Below are positions 1 to 11,334 of a stretch of 64,000 bases of DNA, in pieces (position 1 is the stretch's first letter; the number at the start of each line of letters is the position of its first letter). The DNA is from Lama guanicoe (taxonomy: Eukaryota). The notes beneath the pieces were generated by a model, which worked only from the letters and a program-made list of their open reading frames with translations, searched no databases and was not told the origin of the DNA. The stretch is taken from positions 5,930,724 to 5,994,723 of the forward strand of contig MU054338.1 of NCBI GenBank assembly GCA_013239625.1, written 5' to 3'. A program made the position numbers and the translations under genes.

Positions 1-1309
1 CCCCGACACTATCAGACCCCATCCCTCTGACTCTCTTGGCACTGGATCTCTGTTCCAAAGACATAAGCCCATGGGGTAACTGCAGAGCTTCAGCCCATAG
101 ACATAGACTGGGGTAGGTGGTCAGGGGTCAGACCCTTCCCCAGAGAACTCTTGTAACTGTTGGAGACACATCAGAAGTGACAGAAGTGGATGAAAATAGT
201 GACCAAAGTTATGAAACAGAAGTCAGTCTTGTTTGTTCTGCGCCTGTACACCGTGTTCACTGTTCATCAGGATAAAAAATTTTAAGAAAAGAAAAGAAAA
301 ACTAAAAGTCCTAAGAAAAGGGTTGGGTGAGACATGACTAGACACCGGCGGGGGGGGGGGAGCGTTCTCTGCCACACATAGAGGATTCAGGACCCCCCAA
401 CATTGTTGGGGTGAAATGCTTCCTTTCTGTCATGTATATGGAAGAGTAAAAAAAACGAAATTCCACAGGAATCAGAAACAAATAAGATCATCACCCATGA
501 GTCAATAAGGGCTGTGAGGATGAAAGGAGAGGGTTGAGCTAGCAGTACTGCAGTAGATTGAAAAACAGGTGGAGAAGGCACGTCGAAGTGAGCTGCAGGA
601 CCCTGCAACAGCCATAACAACAACAGTAACAACAACAATAATACCCACTTATGAACTCCCACTCTGCTTGACATCAGCTAGGGCCTTTATATCTAACTGT
701 ATGAAGCAGAGTTCTTTCTGTTTCAAGTTGTCAAAAACCCAATTCAAAGAGGTATGTGGGAAAAAAATGAAATTAATGCTTGTGTAATCGAACATTTCCA
801 TGGGTCCAGCTTCAGGCACAGTTGGATCCAGGGACTCAAAAGATGTCACTAGGACTTTGTAACAAAATCTCTCTGCTCCGATTTGTTCTGATGATGAGAC
901 TGTCCATTGTTTCCCCCAAACACTATCACTTTCTTCTGTAGTAATAGAACCACTGATTTTTAGCTGACCATCCCCAGTAAAAACCACATTTCCAGTCTCC
1001 CTTGCAGCAAAATGTGGTCATATGACTAAGTCTGGGCCAATGAGATGTAAAGGGGAAGGATGTGGGTAAATACCAGGACCTGCCTCTTAAAGAGAAGTGA
1101 TGTGTCCTCTCCTTCCCCCTTTTCTGCCTCTTGTTGGTTAGAATGAAGACATGGAATGGATTATCTTGGACTGGGTGGTTCATACCCTCTGAATAATAGC
1201 CACAAACTGGAAGAATCATGGCCCTCTGAGACCAGGGAGCAGCCATATTTTATTGCTGCTACTTGGATTGTTACAAAAGAAAGAAAGAAATGCCTATCTT
1301 GGTGGGTAG

Positions 1310-1402
1310 GGGGTGGGAGAGGTAACGCAGGTTTGTTTGTTTGTTTGTTTATTTTTAATGGAGGTACTGGGGATTGAACCCAGGATCTCAAGCACGCTAA
1401 GC
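1310..1402 (-). mobile_element. tRNA-Ala-derived SINE, 5'-truncated
   Basis: Reverse copy TTTTAATGGAGGTACTGGGGATTGAACCCAGG with a (GTTT)n tail. Confidence 0.75.
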
Positions 1403-2267
1403 AAATAATTGTTATCCTTACTTAGTGCTTACTATGTGCCAGGCGCGTTCTCAGAACTTGACATAATCTATCTCATAATCCTCATAATAGACCTATGGAG
1501 GAGGCGTCATTATCATACCTATTTAATAAATGAAAAACAGAGACTAGGGAGAATTAAGTAATTTAGATATAATAAGTACAGGGAATGCAAAAATACATAA
1601 ATAAATAAGCCGTTTAAAGGCCAGTGGGGAGTGTGGGGTGAGAGATTTGCTATTTTAAGTAAGGTTATCAGGGAGAACGTCACTGAGAAGGTGACATTTA
1701 GTCAGAGGCCTGAATAAAGTCAAGGAGTGAGCCCTGCGGATATTTAGAGGAAGAGCCTTCCAGGTAGAGGGAACAGACAGTGCGGAAGCCCATGTGAGCT
1801 TCATCATCAGGCAATTTCTTCCCTCCTAATGGCCAAGATGTCTCTGGCTACGCCATCTACCTGCCTCATTACCCAACAGAAAATGGCATCCCTTTTCCTG
1901 GTAACTCCAGGGAAAGTCCCAGGATGGAAGCTCGCTGAATCAATTTGGGTCACATGCCCACCCTGAACCAATCACTGTGCTCCAGGGAATGGCGCTTTCT
2001 GATTGGCAGTCTGAAGCAGTGAGGTAGGTATTCATCGGTCCCGAGGCATGTACCTCTATCCCCCCAGTTTAAGCTCAGCCCAAGAAAAAAGCTTTTATGG
2101 CTTGCTTTATACTTTCCAGATTATCAAAAGAACTGCACACTCTTTGTAAAATAAAATCCTGAGTATACAAATGTAAGCAGTAAACAATAACAACAACAAT
2201 TTTTTCCAAAAAATCACAAATGAAATCTCACACTCCAGAATATGTGTAATTTTACAAATACAGGCTC

Positions 2268-2497
2268 GGGGGGGAGGATAAGCTCAGTGGTTAGAGTACA
2301 TGTTTAGCATGCACGAGGTCCTGGGTTCAATCCTCAGAACCTCTGTTAAAACAACTAAATAAATAAACCTAATTACCTCCACCCCAAAAAACCCACAAAC
2401 TAAATAAAATATTTGGGGTGGGTATAGCTCAGTGGTAGAGCGCATGCACGAGGTCCTGGGTTCAATCTCCAGTACCTCCATTAAAAAAAAAAAAACT
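2268..2497 (+). mobile_element. Two tandem tRNA-Ala(AGC)-derived SINEs (camelid Vic-1-like)
   Basis: Heads of the form GGGGAGGATAAGCTCAGTGG...AGCATGCACGAGGTCCTGGGTTCAATCC with pol III A/B boxes. The first copy has the AATAAATAAACCTAATTACCTCC tail; A-rich ends. Confidence 0.85.
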
Positions 2498-2854
2498 GAA
2501 AGAAACCAAACAAATACAGTCTCATTCACACACAACATCTGGCAACACTGCCCGGCATTGTACACTCAACTGCCACTCACTATTAGAAGTATTATTTTCC
2601 TACACAGACTGGGAAGAGATGTTGATCAGTATGATAATATCAGTACCTTACATTTTTGGAATGTTTGCTATGTGCCAAGCCAGGTTTTACAGATGAGAAA
2701 GCTGAAGCTCAGATAAGGTAAGTCACCTGTCTAGGGTCACACAGCAAGAAACTGTGTCTGCAGGAGAAAACAGAGCTGTTCCTGCCCCCTTCCCCCCAAG
2801 GGGCTTCAGAACCCTGGAGGGCCCCAGCCCTCTAGCCAGGCTGGGCGGCTGCCT

Positions 2855-2990
2855 CCCTCTTATCTCAGCCCAGGCTGCCTGCTGGTCCCACCCCCTCGGG
2901 GGGAGCTTCCACTTGAAGGCGCCTGGCCGGGAAGGGCCTGGTCAGCTGTGTCCGGCGGAGGCGGCAGAGGCGGCTGCTGACCCAGCTGTG
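2855..2990 (+). promoter_or_regulatory. EPOR: EPOR TATA-less proximal promoter and 5' UTR: GATA site, Sp/KLF box, E-boxes
   Basis: TTATCT (reverse AGATAA) at 2860-2865, CCCACCCCC at 2887-2895, and CAGCTG E-boxes at 2943-2948 and 2983-2988, all upstream of the ATG at 3066. This matches the known GATA1/Sp1/TAL1 layout of EPOR promoters. Confidence 0.85.
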
Positions 2991-3065
2991 GACTGTGCCA
3001 GGGGTGGAAGAAGGTGGGGCAGGAGTCCTGTGCCCCCACCCCACCCCCGTGGCAGGGGCTGCATC

Positions 3066-6000
3066 ATGGATCACCTCAGGGCGTCCCTCTGTCCTGGAGT
3101 TGGCTCACTCTGCTTCCTGCTCGCTGGGGCCGCCTGGGCTCTCCCACCCAACCCACAGGACCCCAAATTTGAAAGCAAAGGTAAGGATGGAGCTGAATGT
3201 GGACTCCCCCTGCACTGGGTCCTGGGGGGCATGACGGATTCTGAACCTCCAGTCTGTTCTGGGAGCGAAGCTGGTGTCTGAACCCCTAGACTGGCACCTG
3301 ACGTGGGAGACTGGGGTCTATATTCCCAGACTGGGCTCTGGGGGAGAAGCTAGAGAGGGACATGAGTCCTCTTTTATCTTTTCAGGGAGCCTGGGACATG
3401 CTAAACCCTAAATGGGGCAGGGGTGGTGCTGAGCCCAGGCCCTGCAGTCTAGAGTCCTTGAGGGGAGGAGACCTGGCCGACCCTACAGTGGGGAAAGGAG
3501 AATAAACCCGGGTCCGTGTAGAGGTGCCAGGACTCAGGAGACTGTAAACATGGTTGTGTGCGGGCGCCAGATCCCTGGATCCGCCGGGTTGAGGGAGGGT
3601 GGCGGGGGACACGGTTGGCGCTATCGGGCGGCCGGGAGCCTGCCGGGGCCGATAGGGGGCCCCTCCTCCTGCACACACTCACCCGTACGCATGTCCTGGG
3701 CTGGGGCGGGGCCGGCAGCGGGACGCGGAGGCCTTGAATGTTGCTCTCAGCTCAACCCGTCGCGGGGTGAGTAGGAGGGCGGTGGGGGGCGGGACAGTGA
3801 GACACGCAGCCTGAGCGTGGGAGTTCGGGGGGCAACACTTCACCCTACCCTTCGAAGGATACTGCCTGGGTAGAGAGCGGGGCGGGGCTTTTTTTCTTAT
3901 CGGTTCGCACAGGCGGCAGGAGACAGGGGAGGATGCTGTTGCCCGAGAACCGGACCCGGGTCCCCTGACCGCCCCCTTCCCCTGGCCCTCACCCCTAGCG
4001 GCCCTACTGGCAGCCCGCGGGCCCGAAGAGCTTCTGTGCTTCACGGAGCGGTTAGAGGACTTGGTGTGTTTCTGGGAGGAGTCGGCAAGAGCCGGGGTCG
4101 GCCCGGCTGACTACAATTTCTCCTACCAACTGGAGTGAGTCCGACGGGGCAGGTGGAGCGCCCCAAGGGTGGAGAGGGCGAGCGGGCCGGGCAGAGCTCC
4201 CCAGAGCCTGCACTTTGGGACATCTCCTGGTGCTAGGGGCAGGATCGCACCTCCGCTGCTGGTTCCTAGTGGGAAGCCTGCGGGGTCAGGGCAGACACGC
4301 CCACTAGTGGCCCGGGCTGGAACACTCCCGTGATTACTGGTGGAGCCCGACTTCAAACTTCAGGGCTGGGACATCACGGCTACAAATCAGGACTAAGGGA
4401 TCGCCTATGTAGGGGCTGCGACGCCCCCTGGTTGTAGTGTCCAGAACGCGTCCTCGGTCCTGCGCAATACCACCCATCTTGATCCCATCCCTCGCTGGTT
4501 CCTCGGCTAACAGGGGTGAGCCATGGAAGCCGTGCCGCTTGCATCAGGCGCCCACGGCCCGCGGTTTGGTGCGTTTCTGGTGCTCGCTGCCTACAGCCGA
4601 TACGTCGAGCTTCGTGCCCCTAGAGCTGCGCGTCATTGCGGCCTCCTCGGGAGCTCCACGCTATCACCGTATTATCCACATCAACGAAGTGGGTAAGTGC
4701 GTTGAGAATGGAGGAGTGATTGAAAGGGGGTCCCAGCCTCCGCCTACCTGAGTAACCCCTCTCCGCAGTGCTCCTAGACCCTCCCGCTGAACTGCTGGCG
4801 CGGCGAGCCGATGAGGGCGGCCACGTAGTACTGCGCTGGCTTCCGCCGCCTGGGGCACCCATGGCGAGTCTTATCCGCTACGAGGTGAACATCTCGGCAG
4901 AGAACGCTGCAGGGGTCTCGCAGAGGGTGAGGCCCTAATTCTACTGCCTATCGCCAAAGGCTCGGGTCGACAGCCCCTCTAAGTCCCAACCAGACGGTCA
5001 CCACAGCCCCGCTCCCATGGCCTCGCCCCTCCACGTGCCGCCGAGGCAGCTCCACGTCCCCCAACTTGTCCCCTTTCCCAATGTACCCCTTCCCCAGTCC
5101 ACCTGGACTCAGTCTCATCCCCTTGTCCCAAACCCTAGACCTATCCAGAACCCCGCCCCCTGTGTGCTGTGGCCCCGCAAATAGCCCGAGTCCGCCCCCA
5201 GCTACCTGGGGCCCCGTCCTGATTGGCCCTGAGCCTTCCCGGGCTCTGCCTCCTGCTTTTATTACCCGCCTCCCCATGCTTCGGCTAGATTCTTTCTTTC
5301 TGATTGGTTCCGTCCCTCAGGGCCCACCCAGCACGTACCCTTCTTTGCCTACCACGCCTCTTACTCGGGCCTCGCTCCCAGGTGGAGATCCTCGATGGCC
5401 GCACTGAATGCGTGCTGAGCAACCTGCGCGGCGGAACGCGCTACACGTTCATGGTGCGCGCGCGTATGGCCGAGCCGAGCTTCGGTGGCTTCTGGAGCGC
5501 CTGGTCTGAGCCTGCGTCGCTGCTGACGGCTAGTGGTGAGACCTCAGGCAGGGGTGTAGGAGGGGCTGGACCGAGCACGAGGCAAGCTCATCACCCTGAC
5601 CTCTTCCCTGCTCCCCAGACTTGGACCCCCTCATCCTGACGCTCTCCCTCATCCTCGTGCTCATCCTGCTGCTGCTGGCCGTGCTCGCCCTGCTCTCCCA
5701 CCGCCGGTGAGCGCCCCATTCAGGCACCTGCCTTGGACTCCTCACCAACGTTCCCCTTTCCGTGTGGAAACTAGGCAGAAAGGGGCAGGCACTTGCTCAA
5801 GGTCACACGATGAGGGGTCAGTGGCAGGGCTAGGATGCAAGCCAGGGCAGACCCAGACTCTTAGTTAAAATCCTCCACTCTTGGGCATAATTTCACCTGG
5901 TTTTCCTCCTACCTCAGTGGCTGCCCCTTCCTGGATTCCTTTTCCCAATTTCATCAACTTCTGTAAAATCAACCAGATGGGCTTAATGAAACAATTTAAC

Positions 6001-7784
6001 CCCAAGTGCCTCCTGCCCCGTTGTCAAGCTCCTCGGGCGCTTTATGATATGACCAGCAATTCTGAGGCTTTTGAAACTCCAAGTACATAGCATGTGGTTT
6101 CACACCCCCACCCCTGGCATATGCTGTTCTTTCTGCCTGGATTTTCCTTCCTGCCATGTCTGCCAATCAGTCTCCTTGTTGTCTTTCAAGGCCCTGTTCA
6201 TCTACTTGGTTGGAAAGTACATATTAAGTGCCAACTATGTGCTAGGCACTGGGGAGAAAGTGTAGGGTAAACCAGACATGTCCCTGACCTTGTGGATCTC
6301 ATAGTTGAGTCAGACAGATATACATAAGGGAACTTGCAGATATTTGATTGTAAATTGTGATGAGTGATATCACAGAAACAAATGGGGCATGGGGACATGA
6401 GAGGATAGTCAGGGAAAGCCTCTGGGAGGTGACATCAGAGCAGAAACTTGAAGCCTGGGAGGAGGCAGCCACATGACAAGCAAGGAGGAGAAACAGCAAG
6501 TGCAAAAGCCCTGAGAACGGAATGAGCTTGGAACACTGAAGCAGCTGCAAGAAAAGCTATATGGCTAGAGCACAGTGTGTGAGGGGAAGTGGTGAATGAT
6601 GAAATGAGGGAGGTGACAGGTCAGATCATGCAGGGTCTTCTGCAAGGCTGTGGGGAGGGGTTTAGATTTTATTCTGAATACATTGGGGAAACATAGAAAG
6701 GAGTGAAGAGAGAAGTAATAGACTTTTAGGCAAGCCTGATTCAGTTTTAGAGGGGACATAAAGCAGTGTATTTGAACTCCTATGCATCCTTCAAAACTCT
6801 GTTCCAGTTGCCCTTATGTAGGGCCTTGCAGATGCTTTGGCAGAGCTCCTGTTCCTCAGCCCATTCACTCCTCTGCCTCCACCACAATCACGAGGGACTC
6901 AGTATCCACACCAAGTGACTGGTGCTGAGGCGGGTACTGATGAATGTGCAAGGACACATGCCCAGATACTCATTTCATTTGGCTTCACCAGGACTCTAAA
7001 GCAGAAGATCTGGCCTGGCATCCCAAGCCCTGAGAGCGAGTTTGAGGGACTCTTCACCACCCACAAGGGTAACTTCCAGGTAAGTGGCCCAGTTGTTCCC
7101 TCAGGGCCTGGGGCTTCCCTGCTCCTGTGGCTGAACGCCCAGTCTCTGAGCAGGCTGCTGCTGTCTCCCCAGTTGTGGCTGTACCAGACTGACGGCTGTC
7201 TGTGGTGGAGCCCCTGCACCCCCTTCGCAGAGGACCCACCTGCCCCTCTGGAAGTCCTCTCTGAGCACTGCTGGGGGGTCACCCAGGTCGGGGAGCCAGG
7301 ACCAGATGAAGAGGGGGCCCTCCTGGAGCCTGTGGGCAGTAAGCATGCCCGAGACACCTACCTGGTGCTGGACAGATGGTTGTTGCCCCGGAGCCTGCCC
7401 AGTGAGGACCTCCCACAGCCTGGTGGCGGTTTGGACACAGCAGCCGTGGATGAAGCCTCAGAAGCATCCTCTTGCTCCTCCGCTTCAGCCCTGAAGCCTG
7501 GGCCAGAGGGGGCCTCAGCTGCCAGCTTTGAGTACACCATCCTGGATCCCAGCTCCCAGCTCTTGCGCCCAAGGGCACTGCCCACTGAGCTGCCCCCCAC
7601 CCCACCCCACCTCAAGTACCTGTACTTCATGGTGTCTGACTCTGGCATCTCAACTGACTACAGCTCGGGGGGCTCCCAGGGAGCTCGGGGGGGCTCATCC
7701 AATGGCCTGTACTCCAACCCTTATGAGAACAGCCTTGTCCCAGCCTCCGAGCCTTCACCCCCGAACTATGTGGCCTGCTCCTAG
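3066..7784 (+). CDS. EPOR: Erythropoietin receptor, 509 aa, 8 coding exons
   Basis: Exons 3066-3180, 3999-4134, 4514-4692, 4769-4926, 5382-5535, 5619-5706, 6992-7079, 7173-7784. All introns are GT-AG with consistent phases; total 1530 nt. Signal peptide [47 protein letters not shown] (5493-5507), TM helix in exon 6, Box1 IWPGIPSP, cytoplasmic tyrosines, C-terminus NYVACS. Confidence 0.98.
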
Positions 7785-8165
7785 GACTCCAGTCCTCAGG
7801 TGCTTGGGGGACCCAGTGTGACATCAAGTGCTACTGCATACCCAAGATTTATCAGGCAGCGTCAGTGTGGCCTCCCTTAGGACTAGAGGCGTTGCTGACC
7901 TTGGCTTTCTACTCAATTCATCCTACTCAGAAAGTCACAACCTTGCAGTATTTTTACATGTACAGTTTTCTATGTAGATATACATATAATATATATAAAC
8001 ACGTATAAGTTTTTCTGTCATGACTTCTATCAATACCCTGTAAGCCCCATCTTTTCCCTAGGCCCAGATCATAGGGGCAGCCAAAAAGGCCTTGAGTTCA
8101 GTCTGAAATTCTGATCTGGCCATAATAATAATAATAATGATAATAATAATAATAAAGTGAATTTA

Positions 8166-8330
8166 GGGGAAGGGTATAGCTCAGTGGTAGAGTATGTGCT
8201 CACCATGCACAAGGTCCTATTTTCAATCCTCAGTACATCCATTAAAAAAAATTAATAAACCTAATTTCTCCCTCCCCCCAAAAGAAAGCTTTTAAAAAAA
8301 GGATGAAAAATAAATAAATAAAATAAAACG
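8166..8330 (+). mobile_element. tRNA-Ala-derived SINE
   Basis: Same head and tail as the other copies, just downstream of the EPOR 3' UTR and (TAA)n repeat. Confidence 0.8.
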
Positions 8331-8654
8331 AATTAGTCAGTATAAGTTATGCTAGCTGCCCTAACAAACAACTCCTGAATCTGAGTGGCTTAACATAGTA
8401 AATGTTTTCTCTCTCATATCTCAATTGAAACAAGGTGACAGCTATCCCTGGGATGAGACAGAAGGCCAGACTATGGCTTTGCCCAGGGCTGCTCTGGGGC
8501 CTTTAGATGGATAATCTGCATCTCGCCAACCAACAAGCAAAGAGGGAGACAGCAGAAGATTCTGTGGGCCATTTTAGGGATCTAGCCTAGAGGTGAGTGC
8601 TCTCTCTTCACAAATTCTCCTGGCCAGAAATGGTCATGAGACCCTGGCTAGAGC

Positions 8655-9292
8655 TGTTGCCAATGATCAGGTTCTTGTCTCGTCGCAGAAAGAATTCAGA
8701 GACAAGACATGGAGGTTAAGAAAGTAAAATGGGGATTTATTAAAGGACAGATAATACACTTGGGAGAGCAGGCAGGCTCAAGTGAGCGGCTGCCCTGAGT
8801 TTCTTTGGCAAGTTGGTTACATAGAGCGTAAAAATGAATCAGCAGACTATTCATTGGGGAGGGAAGGGTTTGGGTTTGTATTCCCTGATTTTCATCCCAA
8901 CTACACCTTCCCAAAGGGAAGATGGATTTTTATCCTTATTTAGTTTGGATCGGAAGTGTCATGGCGTCAGCGCATGATGGCTACTTCTTATCTGCAAAGC
9001 TAATTTTATTGTAATGAGGGCATAAGTTGCAAAAGGTTACATTCGGACACTAGATTCTTGCCTTTTCCCACCTTTCTTTGTTGGCCTCCAGGCCACCTGT
9101 CACCCCAAAATGTGTGGTTTCTTATCAGCCCAGAGGTTCCTCCTTTTCCTTCTCTGCCCAGGGACCCCTGTTGTTTACATGCTGTATGGTTTCCTGCATT
9201 TGGCCTGTGCTCCTCCATTTTTGCCCAATTCCTGCCATTTGGCCTGCGTCCTCCTTTCTCTGCTCATATCTAACTATCTGGCTGCTCTAACA
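8655..9292 (-). mobile_element. Solo ERV1-type LTR nested in an older MaLR (MLT1-like) element
   Basis: TG...CA termini (638 bp), 4-bp near-TSD GAGC/GAAC, and the LTR-end motif GAATTCTTTCTGCGACGAGACAAGAACC on the minus strand. Flanks at about 8335-8654 and 9293-9370 read as one continuous MLT1-like sequence. Confidence 0.7.
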
Positions 9293-9970
9293 GAACCATG
9301 GACAGCTGGGAAATGTAGTTTAGCTGTGCACCCAAGAGAGAAAAGCTGTTTAATGAAACGCCAGCTAGTCCTTGCCACTAATAACAACAATAACATGCAT
9401 TCATAAGGCTTTATTCTGAATCAGCCCTGTTCTAAGAACGCACTCTGATGACACCAAATGTCATCAAGTGGCTAGAACTGGGAGTTTGAGTTAACCACTT
9501 TTTTAAAGTTTCACATAACCTAGGAAAGCTGAACATATCCAGCAATTCCACTTCTAGGTATCTACCCTAAAACCCCTTGAATACATGAACCAGGACATGT
9601 CTGCAAGAATGTTAATAGCAGTAAATAAGCCAAACTGATGAGTAAATTGGGGTATAGTCACCCACGGAATTATATGCAGTAGGGAAAAAGGAGTGAGTGA
9701 AAAAATGTGGCCCAATCTTAGTGACAATGCCGAGTAGGTGAAGAAGGAAGTCTAAGAAGATTACATTTATCATGAAACTCTTTTTATAAAGTTCAAAACA
9801 GCAAAATTAAACAACACATTAACTGGGCACAATATGGACATGAAAATGCTATGTTTACAACAGAAAAAAGGACTTTATAATCTTTAGGTCTTTGAATCTG
9901 CTTATGTCCCTGAGGTAGGTATTCCAGTCATGGGAAACTGAGGCACAGAGAGGTTGTCACACACCAAAGC

Positions 9971-11322
9971 TCAAGGCTGGCCTCCAGAGCTTGAACCCTT
10001 GTCTGAGCTGGGGTCACTAGGCTGGTGGGGGCATGGGGTGATTGTCATCTCTCCATCTGGTCGGAAAGCCACCCACCACTCTGCCCTAGGGCCCCGCCCA
10101 CCTGGCTCCAGGCAGGCTCGGAGGCAGTGCTCACCTGGGCCCAGTGCATCCGGCTGCAGCCAGCACTGGGCAGGGAAATACCTCTGGAGCAGCGCAAGCT
10201 GCAGGGCATCCTCACTGTCTCCCTCCTGGGTCTGGAGGGCCACAATGAGCCCACAGCCCCCGCCAGGCCCAACCTGGCTGAAGTGGGCAGCTGTATCCAG
10301 AAGCAGGGCAGCCAGGTAGGCGGCTTCCTGGGTCCCGGGGTCTTCTGCTAGGTACTCCTCCAGGCCGTCGAGCAGCAGGAGAGAGGGGACTGGCCCCCGG
10401 GCCTCATGGGCAGAGCACAGGAACCGGAGGAGCTCACGGGTTGAGGGTGGGTACTGGAAGCGGATCTTCTACAGAGAGGAAGAAAGGAAAGGGTCAGATT
10501 CAGCACAGGAAGCCAGGCTCCCAGCTATAGACGCTTTGCTTCCTTGCATACTTTCCTGGACGAGGCTCTCACTCCCCAGAATGGTGATTCCAGAGTGAAG
10601 CTGCTCATAGTTGAATACTATTCTGATCGCGCCTCCCCTTCCCCTTTCTTTTTAATACAGCGCTCACCACTGGCCGGTATTAGTTGAGAAAAGGTACGTC
10701 TCTTTGCCAAATCTCTAGGGCAGTCTTTCCACAGAAAACCCGCCCATAGCGTCGGACCCTATCGTTAACTTCGGCTGCCCAGAAACCAACTCCTACCCAG
10801 ACAAGACCCTGATTTAGCTCCACCCCTTCCTCGCCCCTGACTCCGCCCTTTTGGCGCAGGCTTTTGCTAATTCCGCCCCCTCATTGGGTGGTTTCTCACT
10901 CAATCTTAACAAAGCTTCGCATGGTCCCACCCCCGACTCATTCCAGAATCTATCCCGTAAAGGCTGCTCTGGCTTGCCCCTCCTTCGTCTCCGCCATGGT
11001 CGGGCTACCTGTCACTCCATCCCCCATCCGCCCCGCTACTGGTTGGTCCGCCTCTGGTCCTGCCCTTCCCTACCTGTAGCCGCAGCGGTTCGAGAGGGGC
11101 TCTAGTCCCGCGCGGCAGGCTTTGCAAAGGCCTCCGGGTCAGGAAAAGGACTGGGCCTCGACCCTCCCCTGCCGCCTCCAGGGCCGATGCGAATAGCAGC
11201 GCTGTCTTTCCAGAGCCTGGGCCACCGAGCAGCAGCAAAGGCGGTCCGACCTCAGTTGTGTTCCCCTCCCCGGTCCCAGACGCGCTGCCTGAGCTGAGCA
11301 CCCGCCTCAGCGTCTCCGCCAT
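9971..11322 (-). CDS. SWSAP1: SWIM-type zinc finger 7-associated protein 1 (RAD51-paralog-like ATPase of the Shu complex), 248 aa
   Basis: Exons 11074-11322 and 9971-10468 (GT-AG, phase 0). MAETLRRVL start, Walker A GGPGSGKT, KIRFQYPPSTRELL, Walker B LLLLDGLEEYL, TGA at 9971-9973. Convergent with EPOR, as in human. Confidence 0.95.
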
Positions 11323-11334
11323 TCGCAGCGTACC

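Noticed and set aside
1..300. Possible 3' UTR end of the upstream neighbour (RGL3 by human synteny)
   Set aside because: No coding sequence is visible and only a variant GATAAA signal is present; it cannot be supported from this window.
2754..3281. 175-aa ORF extending EPOR exon 1 upstream and into intron 1
   Set aside because: It starts at GTG upstream of the promoter elements and reads through the splice donor; the true start is the ATG at 3066.
9289..9309. RE1-like AACAGAACCATGGACAGCTGG at the LTR junction
   Set aside because: Several mismatches in both half-sites; much weaker than the pair at 13915-13973.
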